From the NCBI RefSeq assembly GCF_009914755.1, contig NC_060934.1: a DNA stretch of 64,000 nt; one strand, given 5' to 3'. A program made the position numbers and the translations under genes. Positions 27,075 to 38,250 of this stretch are shown one piece after another (positions within the stretch are counted from its first letter, which is position 1; every line of letters starts with the position of its first letter). The stretch comes from the human T2T-CHM13v2.0 reference genome, Homo sapiens. The notes beneath the pieces were generated by a model. The model did not search any database. It was not told where the DNA came from and worked only from the letters and a program-made list of their open reading frames with translations.

Positions 27075-30000
27075 GTAGGAGCCACTAGGGTTACCCTTGG
27101 GGGTATCAGAGACCTGCTGCTCCCCAGACCACCATGGTGTAGGTGAAGAGTCAGGTGGGGAGAGCAGCTGTGGCTCTTCTGCCCAGACCTCAGCCCAGGT
27201 GCCAACTCTGAGCAGGTTGGCGAACATGCTGGTACCCTGGGAATCGGGGCCCAGCCTGGGGTTGGGAAGAGCAGTTGGGCCGGTAGGTTGGGAGCCTTGT
27301 GCTGGAGGCTGAGCCCCACACCTCCAGCTGGAGTCAATGGTGGGACAAGAGTTGGGAGAAGCAGGTGTTGCACCCTCTTTCCTTCCACTCGTATCCAAAT
27401 GTGGGCCTGGGCAGGGTGGGTGGGCAGGCCTAACCCCAGATCTTCCTGCTTTGGCCAGAATCAGGTCCCTCCAGGACTCAGGGAGCATGCAGTTCTAGGA
27501 AGGGGCTTTCCCTAGCCCCGCGCTCTCCACCATGGTCTCCCAGGCCCCTGTACTGTGTACTCTGAGTATGTTTGCATGAGTGCATGCGTGTAAAATCAAG
27601 CCATTGCTGGTAATTGAGAAGTACAAATTATTGCATTACAAACGGTTCGTTAATAAGCTGGCTGCCAGCTCCCGATGGCACCAGGGTTCCCACTGCTTGC
27701 GGCCCCTCTCCTGGGTGGCTGATGGCAGTCTTATGGTCTGGCAGTTAGTGATTCAAAGACTCTGAAGTGGGAGGGTAAAGGGCTTCTCACTGGGTGTCCC
27801 TCGGGCCTGCCCTCGGGGTTTTGGGCTGGGCGGTGGCAGTGAAGGGTTGGGATGGGAACAGTGGAAGGTAGAACCCTCTGGAAAGGCAGGTTGGCACCAT
27901 GTCATTTGAGTTCTAACTCCTTGATCCAATGACTGATCAGGGAGTAAAAAGCCCTGAGAGAATATCGCAGTCAGTTCATGGATGAGGCTGGGCATGGGAG
28001 AGTGACTTGCCCGAGGTCGCACAGCTTTAACTTCGAGCCACCTGGCTTCTAGGGCAGGCTCAGCCTCCCTCGAGGGTGACGAGATCTTGCTCATACACCC
28101 CACTCCCTGGCCTCTGTTACTGAGCTGCGAGCCAACGGTCCTATGCTGGCACCAGATGGAAGAGAGGACAGATGTGCAGGTGGGGATGCAGCGGAGGCAC
28201 CATGCACTTCGCCTGCCTGGGGCGGGAGAGAACTGGGGAGCCCGCAGTCCTAAACATGGGGGCATGGTGCTCTGAGCTGTGGCCGGTGTGCCCAGGGACT
28301 GCAGCTTGGCTCCTGCTCTCTCTCATTTGGAAGTCTCCCTAATTTAATTAAGGGTCTCTACGTGCCAGCCTGCACTCCGGGCCTGGGCTCAGAAACCAAG
28401 GGCACGGCTCAGAGTTAATGAGCCTTGGACCCATTGCTCAGCTGCCATCCTGGCAGGCATGGCTGCCCTCTCTTCCCTCTCATGGGGCAGCAGGGAGCCG
28501 CACTGGCAAGGAGACGAGGGGTCATGTCCCTCCTCTCCTGCCCTTGGGCTGGGGGCCAGCCTTTTCCTCTCTCCTGCTTCAGGAGATGTGACTTCCAACA
28601 CTCGGCCCTGTTGGAATCCCCTGGGATTCTCCAAAGGCCTGTGCCTCCAAGGAGAGAGTCTCTTCAAGTCATTCATTCATTTATTTAACAAATATTTATT
28701 GAATGTCTGCTGTGGGCTTGGCTCTGAGCCAGGCTGTCATTGTGCAGAGACCTGGGAGGCCACAGGAATGTGGAATGACAGGAGTTAGAACTAGAGGCAA
28801 GAGACCCTGGGTCCAGCCCCTGCTCTGTTCCCAGCTTGCTGAATGTGTTTGGGCATGTCACTTCACCTCTCTGTGCCATGGCCCTCCTTATCTAATAAAA
28901 ACAAAGGGCAGGTGGATAAAGTGGCCTGCATGATACCCATCTGACAAGGAGAGGGTAGGCTGAGAGGAGCCAGCTGCAAAGGACACACCGTCCTTGGAGG
29001 AAGGCCCACATGGTTTACTTGCTCGTGTGTAAACATCCCTGGTTGCTTTAGTGGCCTGATACTCGATGCCCTGCTTGGGGCTGCTCAGTGTGGCCAGTGG
29101 GGATGTGGTATCAGCTGGACGGAGGCCTGGCTACTCCTGATCTGAGGTACCTTGACATTGACCAGCCCTTGCCTGGTGTGGTCACCTGAGCTGGAAACTA
29201 GCTGCCTGGCTCTGACCGCAGCTGGGGTACTAGCCCAGAGTCTACTGGCCCCTGCCCCGGAAATGAGCCCAAGCTTTCCTGCTTGCATTGAGGTCACCCT
29301 GGAAACCCCAGGCCCCTGCCCTTTAGAGTGTGATTCAGCAGCAAAGGGCCCTGCAAATGTGAACAGGGTGAGGATGCAAGCCAGAGAAATGGGGTGAGGG
29401 AGCACTGCAGACCCTGTTAGGTGTGAATGCCAGGGTCTGCCAGGGTGATCAGAGAAATCTCAGCAGGCTTCCTGGAGGAGGTGGGTTTCCAGCAGAGTCT
29501 GGCTGAGGTAAGCAGTGGTTGCTCTTGTGCTGTTTCGTGGGAAGAGAGAAACTGGAGTCAGGACACCTGGGTTCTAGTCTGCTGGCTTCAGGCCCTACAG
29601 CTTTCAAACTAGGGAGTTGAACCCAGCCCCTTCCAGGGCTGACATCCCATGATCAGAGGATGAAACCCAGCAGGAGAAGGTCCTTCCCATCCTTCAGCAC
29701 CTTATCGTTCTTTGCAGGATGGCGGAGAAGCTCTGGTGGCTGCTTCCATCCATTCAATTCCTCTCTTGGCCATCTCAGCCATCTAGGGCCCTAATAATGA
29801 TGGAGTCTGTTGTGTGCAGAACCCAAGGATTGGCACAGGGAGTAAGTTACAGGGTGGCAAATCCAGGTCTATCTAAGGAAGAGCTTCCTAATAATAAGAC
29901 TGCCCACACACACCCATGCACACACAGTCTATGCCCCTGCCTTGCTGAGAATGTGCTGAGCTCCCCATCCCTGGAGTTATGCAAGCAGAAGTAGGAGGAC

Positions 30001-31215
30001 TACTTCTCTCCAGCCATCTAGCACTGCGTGTTGGGGAAGTGATGAATCAGAGGGTCCCAAACATGCCCCAGCAGAATTTCCCAGGGGACTGGTTAGAAAG
30101 CATATTCCCAACCTCTGCAATTGTGAATCAGTAGGCTGGGGAGAGCCAGCCCAGGAAGCTGCATTTTTTACAAACTCCTCTGGTAATGGTGAGAACAGCC
30201 AGGTCTGGGGAGCCTTGGAGGATCCCACTAGAGGTTTTCTGAGAGGTGCTGAGGGGTAGCCAATCTTGGATGTGAACTTTCAGCCCCTCCATGGCTGCCT
30301 GGAGACATGACCCACCTGGACCCAAGTCCTCAGGCCAGGAACAGCAGGGAGTGGGAGGCGGTTCAAGGCTAGGCATTGCCCCGCTGCCTGCCTCTCCTTG
30401 GCCCCCACTCCCTCTGAAAGCCTCTGCCGGGTCCAGCCCCCAGCTCAGGAGAAGCTGGGCAGGTGTGTGTTTGAGTTTGTTTGTTCTCGTTCCCCTCCTG
30501 CCCACCCCACTCCCCTCACTAAGCTGTTCTCCATGTAATTATCCATTTTATCAGGGTGAAAGGCCCTGCAATTCACTTGTCGAAGTCCTAACGAGGCAGT
30601 GTAGATGCTTTCAAGTCCATAAAGAAAAGGGAAATCCTGCTAGAATTGGCAACTTAATTCACCAAGCCAGCCTCGACAGACCTCATTAAGTCCCCGTGTA
30701 TTCATTTCAGGCTAATGGCTGTCATGCTGACTGCTGTTTGATTTGCTGTAATAGACTTTTATGGCGTTCCAATTTGCTCAAACGTGTTTGCCTGTGTCTG
30801 TGCCCAGAGGTGCTGCTCCAGTACCTCCGTTAGGGGCGCGTGCCCGCCTCGCTGACCTTCAGCACTGCCCCCTCCCTGCTCCTCCCAGGGCCACCCCCTC
30901 AGCCCTCCAGTGTGCCCCAGGGAGGTGACCCTGGTGCTGGGGTGTTTAGGCAGGAGGATGGGTGTGAGGTTAGAAGTCTGGTGGTGCCAGGTGGCTCACT
31001 GGGTCAGGGAATCTGGAGGACCTGCTGGAGTCTCAGAGGTGGCTGTCCTTGAAGTTCTGACAAGTTCAGCCTCCTTAGCTGGGCAGTCTAGGCCTTTATC
31101 CATCTAGCATCAACCTACCTTTCCCAACTTATTTTTCGGTATTCTCTTCTGCTATTCCTTCATATGAACTCTCCTATCAGCCATAGAGCCAATTCAATGG
31201 CAATGGATACCTGTC

Positions 31216-31220
<5 letters not shown>

Positions 31221-31280
<60 letters not shown>

Positions 31281-31286
31281 TACACA
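31221..31286. repeat. Compound (CT)14(CA)n microsatellite
   Basis: Read directly. Confidence 0.95.
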
Positions 31287-34200
31287 TTGTACTTTTCTAA
31301 CTAGTACTGGAGTTCAGCCTAACTCAACTCTGCCTGTCGTTCAAAGCCCACATCTCACCTACCATGTTCGGATCTGCCCAATTTTTTTTTTTAATGAACA
31401 CAGCAAACATTTGTTGAACAGCTACTGAGCAGGGTCCAGGGATTCTGAGCTGACTTGGGCATGCAGGATAGGAAAAAATGCTACCATTTCCCAACTGTGT
31501 GACTTTAGACAAGTGACTTAACCTCTCTGGATTTCAGCTTTCTTATCTGTAAGATGAGCAACAATATCTGTCTTGCAGGATTGCTGTAGAGAATGTAGCT
31601 AGGAAAAGTCCTTAGCACAGCCTGTGGCTTGTAGTGTATTCAGTAAAATGCTGGTGATTAAGACCAAGGTCTTTGTCCTTGGTGAAGGCAATTTTACTAA
31701 GAGAAAGTCAAATAAGTGAATGTCTAACTACATCTAAATGTATTAAATGCCATGGTAGCTTTGTATGTGCACAGTGTATTGGAAACAGTGTGGTCTGTAC
31801 ATGGGGGCTATTTGTTTGGGGCCTTAGAGGCTGAGTAGGAGTTTGTTAGAGAAAGAGACTATGGTGTCTATGAATATCACTCACTTTCAGGGATCCTATA
31901 GCTTATTTTCATATATTGGAATTTCCCAGAGGAAAGTCAACTCTGATTTATGATTAGAGACACTGCTGAGGAGGGACAGTGGCTAAGTGGGTGTGTGTCC
32001 TTTGCAGGTCCCCACTGTTACCTCACAGAAACAAAGCCAGGCTGGAAGTGAGCCTCTGTGTCCCTGCCCAGGTCTCTGTGACAGGTCCTGTACAGATCCT
32101 TGTCCCATGGCCTCAGGTGACCAGCTTGAGGTGGGGATGAGGCTACTATGGGGAAGGGCTGGAGCTGGGGTGAGATCCTGGGAGCCTGAGAGGTGGAGGG
32201 TCCTTGCCTGAGCCTCAGTGCTGGCTGCGATCAGGGTCAGAGCTGAAGCCACGCCTCCTGGCCCTGGGCCCCACTAACCTGAACCACCTCTCCATGTCCC
32301 TTAACAAGGATGAAAGCTGCTCATTCCCTGTACCTCCTTACTAGAGATGGGAAAGCAGAGAGAAGGGTATCCCTGGATGCCATTTGTCAATGAAATCAAA
32401 TACATAATTTATTTCTATGGTGACAGTAATAATAAATCGATTGTTGTTGTTGGTTTCCTGTGTGCCCAACACTGTTTTCTGCATGGGATCTCAGGGAGCC
32501 CTCACCACCACCTCCTGGGGTAGCCACTCTTGTCATTCCCATCCTACAGAGACAGACACTGAAGTAGGACAGTTACATGGCATGCCCAAAGCTAGTCAAA
32601 GGGATGGAGCCAGGATTAGGAGGCAGGCCTGGGGTGGCACGACTTTTTGACATGTAGCTTCACTTCTACCTGCAAAGTAGAAATAATTATACCTGCCTTG
32701 CAAACATCGTAGTGAGGATTAAAGTAAATGAGATCACTCACGTAGAGTGCTCAGCCCGGGTCCCAGGATAAGTGCTTGCTCAGGAGATGGCTGTGGCTGT
32801 TGTTTGTGTGTTCATCCCTCCCGCCAGACTAAGCAAGGACTGAGCTTGGTCATCTGTGCATCCTCAGCACCCTGCCCCAGGCCTGGCGTATGGACTGTGC
32901 TCAGTGTCTTTTGAGTGAATTGGGTGAATGGAATTCACAAATGCAGACAGCCATGCGGCTCCCTCTGCCTCTTGGGCGGTGTGAGGACAAAAGGAACATT
33001 TACACAAAGTACTTTGCTCGGCCAGCTGGTCTACCGAGGTGAGGGCTTCCTTACTGTGCATGGTCCAGGGCTGGGTGAGGAGCGGTGAGGCCTAGCACTG
33101 AGCTGGCAAGGGCACTTTCACATGTGCCTTGCACTCCACTTTCCTCCCAGACACTGAAAGCACCTTGCCCTCTGCTGGTGCCCACTAGTTCCTGGATCTC
33201 AGCCCTGTCATCCTGTGTGCTTTGGCATGTGAGGAGCCCTGGAGTGGTGGCCAGACAGGGTCCAGAGCGTGCAGAGGTGGATTTGGTCCAAGAGGCCAAC
33301 TTATTAGCACCCACCGCAGCCAGCAGCAGTGCCCCAGCTACCTTCCCACATGGCGTGCCTGTCAGATGCTGAATGATTTATAAACTGCATCCTCAGGTTG
33401 CAGCGAGAAGCTGGGGGGGGAGATGCGAGGGGGCTCCCACTGGCTTGTGCCTGCCATGGCCCCTGAGGTGACAGCTCCACTCATGAGCGTGTCATCTCCC
33501 ACGCCAGGAGAGGCAGCCCCTTGACAGGCCATATTAATTTATACCTTGGGGCCACGGGCCTTGGCGGCCCCTCTGCATCTATAACCATGCACCTATTGAT
33601 CTGGGAGAGGGAGACCAATAAATCATCGCAGGGGCTCTGGACTCCTGCAGGCCACAGCCAGAGTGGGTTTTTCTGGCTGAGCGGCAGCCCCAGACGATGT
33701 CTCTATGGCCCTCGGCGACCACCCTGAGGTGCCTGCCCTTTCCCTGGTCTGTCCCCTCTGTCAGCACAGTGACACATGCCTGGAGCCCTGCTCTCTTGCG
33801 GCAGGCAGATGCCATCGCCTGCGGCAGCCAGGACAGCAAGCTCTGGGCTGGTAGTGGTGAAGCGACATATGCTTGTGGGCAGAGCAGCAGGGCTTTCTAC
33901 ACAGTCCTGAGGGTTGTGTGTGTGTATGTGTGTGTGTGTGTGTGTTCTTATTTAAATAATATCTTCTGTATCTCCTAGTGTTTTCACTGTCTTTCATTTG
34001 TCCTCATGACAACTCTGTAAGTTAGGGGGGAATTATTCTTTTCATTTTATATATAAGAAACTGAGGCCAAGACAAATTCACTGACTTCTCCAAGTTCCCC
34101 AGAGTCAGATAGACCTGCAGCATGTTCCATCCTGTGTCCTGCCTCCCAGAGGGCCCTATGAACTCGTTCTCACCTGCCAGCATCTTTGCATGTATTGTTT

Positions 34201-35618
34201 TGCAATTTGCCATGGCCTGCTTTTGATTTGCAATAAGTTGCAGGGCTGAGGCCCTGATCCATCCCTGGCTGGGGTAAGCGACAGGGAACTCTGGGCCTCA
34301 TGCACAGGCTTAGGAGGTCCAGTGGAGAAACTGTACTCAGAGCTCACTGCTGGCTGTCTGCAGTGAGGACCACCCCTGCTGGGCATCACCTTGTAGCTCA
34401 GGACCCAGCCACGGTCATAGTGACACCCCTTCCTTGTGGCCTGCAGTGTTAGTGTGCTGCAGAGGCACCTCCGTGATTTCGGTCATCAGCTGTGCACACA
34501 GCATTGTTTGTGAGAAGCAGGTGATGACCCCCTTCCCCTGCCCACACACACACAGGCTAAATGCCAGCCTGCTCCCCTTGCCTGCAGGGAAGATTCAACA
34601 TTTTCTGCCACCTCTTTCTGGTTCTTAGGTGCCAAGGAGGGAGTCAACAGGGTCCCACAAAACCAGGGCCCTGAGCTCAGCCCAGCCACACACTCAGAAG
34701 CTGCTTGCTTCCTCCTCCACCCAGTGGGGTGAAGCCAAGGACCCCTGGTCCCTCATGTCCCCTGTAACACCACCTCTTCCATGCCCATTGGGGGCGTGGC
34801 CAAGGCTGTGGGCGTCCTCCACCACCCACAGCACCACGAAAGAGGACAGCGTGGGAGCAGGAGATGGAGGGAGCCCAGCTGTAATTATTATTTTGTTTTA
34901 ATGGTAATAATGTTCTTAATTACATCAGTTTCCTCGCCGATTCTAGCTGGGAGTCTTTGGGGGCCCATATAATTCTATTGCAATGATTGCGGGACCCTCT
35001 GCCATGAATACGAAGCAGGGGGACTGTGCAGAGCCCAGCTCTCAAGCATTAGGGATTCTACGGCACTCACCGGGACACCTTTTATTGTGCCCCCTGCCCT
35101 TTAAATAAAGAACCTCTAAATGGAAGGAGATGATAGCTGCCTGCTAGTTCTGCTGCAGTGTTGGGCTGTCAGCCTCGCACGCTGAGTCCATCTGCCATTT
35201 TTCAGCTCCTTTCTTTTAAATGGTTTCCTTGCCCCCATGGTGGGGCCTGATGGAGGGAGGGTACAGGGTCTTCTGCCTGTATGCCTTTTCCTCCAGGCAG
35301 TGGGGCACCCCAAGTGGGGGCAGACTTAGGAAACCAAGGGTCTAGAAAGGCCCCACCTACAGCCAAGGGCAGCTTTGTATCGTGAGAACCTGTGTCCATC
35401 TGTGACATGGGGACCAGACTTCAACTGCATTGTGATGGGGCTGTGCACATGTGGGCTCTAACTGCACACTGGGAGGCCATAAACAAGGTGTTAGCCTCTC
35501 TGAGCCTCAGTTTTTTCATCTGTAAAATAGGGATACACTGAGTTGTGAAAGTTTAATGAGAGCACGTGTATGAAGCACCACATACATAGGTTGTACTTGG
35601 TAACTGATGGGTATTACC

Positions 35619-35962
35619 TTTTTTCTTTTCTTTTTCTTTTTTCTTTTTTTTTTTTTGAGACAGGGTCTCACTCTGTCACCCAGGCTGGAGTGCAGTGGCA
35701 TGGTGTGATCACAGCTCACTGCAGCCTTAACCTCCTGGGTTCAAGTGATCCTCCTACATCAGCCTCCCAAGTAGCTGGGACTACAGGCACATACCAACAT
35801 GCCTAGCTAATTTTTGTATTTTTTGTAGGGCCACCAGCATTTTGTAGAGACAGGGTCTCACCACGCTGCCCAGGCTGGCCTCAAACTTCTGGGTCCAGGC
35901 AGCCTGCCTGCTGCGGCTTCCTAAAGTGCTGGGATCACAGGCATGAGCCCTCTCGCCTGACC
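35619..35962 (-). mobile_element. AluJ with an internal ~19-bp insertion at the middle A-rich linker
   Basis: GATCACAGCTCACTGCAGCCT diagnostics; degenerate TSD TGA(T/A)G(G/A)GTATTACC. Confidence 0.9.
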
Positions 35963-37982
35963 TGAAGAGTATTACCACTGTTATGAAAAGCTTTGAGAAC
36001 TTCAGGAAAGTTGCCTGGAAGTCCGAGGAGCTCGACAGATGGACTCATCCCCGTGGACTGATTGGCTGAAGTCAGGGCATTGGTGGTCAGGAAACTGACA
36101 TTCCAGTGGCAGTCAGGAAATGTGTGGGAAACATAAAACAAAGACATGGCAAGGGAAAAAAATGAAAGAGTCATCAAGAAACAGCTGGTAATAGGCCTAG
36201 ACTTCCACGTAGACTCTGTGAAACCAGCACAGGGTGACCCTGGAGGTGACTTAATCCAGCCGCACACTCTGTGGGCGAGCAACACACTGAGTAAGGGTCA
36301 AGGATCTGCCCAGGGTCACCCCGCAATTAGTGGCAAAGCATGGGCCATCAAAGGTGGCTGGGGAAGATTCTCAGGAACTGGCTTCCAGAACCTATGAAAC
36401 GGAGCTCAGCCTTGGGCCAGAGGCACAGCACTGCTTTCCCAGGTAAGGCCTGAGTGTCCAGAACAGGGCTGGGATGAGGGTGCTCCCCTCTGGGCAGCTC
36501 CCCAAACCCCATGAGCAGTAGGCCCGGACTGCCTTCTTGATGCAGGTCACAGGTGTCCACAGGTGTCTGATCAGCCACCAGCACACTGCTATTGTTTTCC
36601 TGTTTCTGGGGTCTCTACAGTTTTTATCTTGGTCCCTTCACTTATCCTAACAAGTTCAAGTATTGTCCAAACAGCCTGGGGACAGGCCTGGCAGCCCCTG
36701 TGACGTGGAGGCCCACCACACAATAGGCTTGTTTTGATGTGTGCGCAGGCTGCCTGACCCACCTTGTTTTCTACCAGGAGGGGGAAAACGAGACAGCGCG
36801 AGCTTTGGGTTGATGGAATTATTATAATTTCTCTGATTCTTTAGCAGCCTTTAATTACTTAGCAACTTTGTGGTGTTGGCTGGAAGCTGTGAGGGCTGGG
36901 CTCTCCCTCTTTATAATAACCTTAAGTGGAAGCCACCTGTCCATCTATTAAAAAGCCCGCTCTTCTCTCCAGATGAGATAATGCCACCGAGAGATGTCAC
37001 CCGGGGCATAATCACTAGATACAATGTAATCGTCCCCACTCACTGTCTTCATCATTGATCAGCCAGCCCACCTCCCAGGCATGGGGCACTGCCAGCCCCA
37101 GGGAGCCCAATGCCCACTCACGTCCTTGCCCCGGAGAGTCGTGGGCTCAGGCTGGTCCCCTCTCCCAATCCTGCTCCCAAGAGAGGGAAATGGTGTGGGA
37201 GGCCTTTTCCCACTGACCCCTTCCCATCCCTGCACCTCCCAGTCTGAGCCCACACTTCCCACCATTGCTGAGACGAACCCTCCATTTCAGAAATCCATCC
37301 CATCCGTGTGAGGCTTTGAGCCCCTGGTGTTCCTGTCATTCCTATCCCAATACCAAGTGGTCACTTTCCTGCCACCCAGCCTTTGTTCCTGCGGTGCCCT
37401 CCCCTGAGATGCTGCCATCCAAGCCCACAGCACCATCTTCCTTCCTGCCAGGAGCCAAACCCGACACTTCCTTCCTCAGAACCATCCCGTGGGAGAGGGT
37501 AGGGGAGGTTGGTCCTTTATCCCCATTCTACAGATAAGCAAGCCAAGTGCTAGAGATGTCAGAGCACATATCCCCTTCAGAAGCAGCTGCTGAGGGCCGG
37601 CCCCGGCTCTTCACTTAGTCCTCTCTCCTCTGGATTTGGAGGCACAAGTCTCTGCTCCTTATACCCACCCATCCGAGCTTCTAAACCCGCCTCCCAGGTG
37701 GGCCCTCTGCCTCTTGACCTTGGCCCAGCCTTTCCTTCCTGGGGTGGCCCCTGGCCCCCCACCTGCAGACAGGGGCGGTCGCCTGCCTGTGCACAGTAAG
37801 ACAAGTGCAGCTCAACCCTGAGTCTTGGGCGAGTCGTCTCACTTCCAGGGCTCAGCTGCTCCTCTGTAAATGCTTGTCCTGGGCCTGTCCACTCCATGCT
37901 GTCTGGAGCTTAAAGCCTCATGCCAGTGGCATGAGTTAATTCCTAGAGTATTTTTTCTGGTGGCCCCCACAAGCTTACACAG

Positions 37983-38250
37983 GTTTTTTTTTTTTGTCTT
38001 ATTTTTTGAGGAAACGTATTACTTAAGCTTACATATGGAGAAGCAATCACTCATAAATATTCAGCTTTATGAGTGATTGCAAAGTGAATGCATTTGTGTA
38101 ACTGCACCCGGATCGAGAAGCAGAGCCTCACCAGCATCTAGAGATCCCACTGTGCCCCTCCCTGTCCCTCTCCCTTCCCTTAAAGGTAGCCACTGTCCTG
38201 GCTTCTAACCCCGTGGCTTGCTTTTGCCCATTGTCATTTTATTATATCCA
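37983..38250 (-). mobile_element. Old L1MC/L1ME 3' end fragment
   Basis: T tract, then CAAAGTGAA...TGTGTAAC...GTAGCCACTGTCCTGGCTTCTAAC. Confidence 0.6.

Larger units (their letters stand above)
24015..27780 (-). ncRNA. CDH23-AS1: Antisense lncRNA overlapping exons 4-6 (probable CDH23-AS1); boundaries approximate
   Basis: Recalled annotation places it about -1.9 to +1.8 kb around exon 4. A minus-strand ATTAAA poly(A) signal (TTTAAT at 24030-24035) lies 15-20 nt from the expected 3' end. Exon structure cannot be derived from the sequence. Confidence 0.45.

Noticed and set aside
36430-36450. CTTTCCCAG|GTAAGG possible recursive-splicing site
   Set aside because: The pyrimidine tract is very short and there is a competing AG just upstream; cannot be supported without nascent RNA data.
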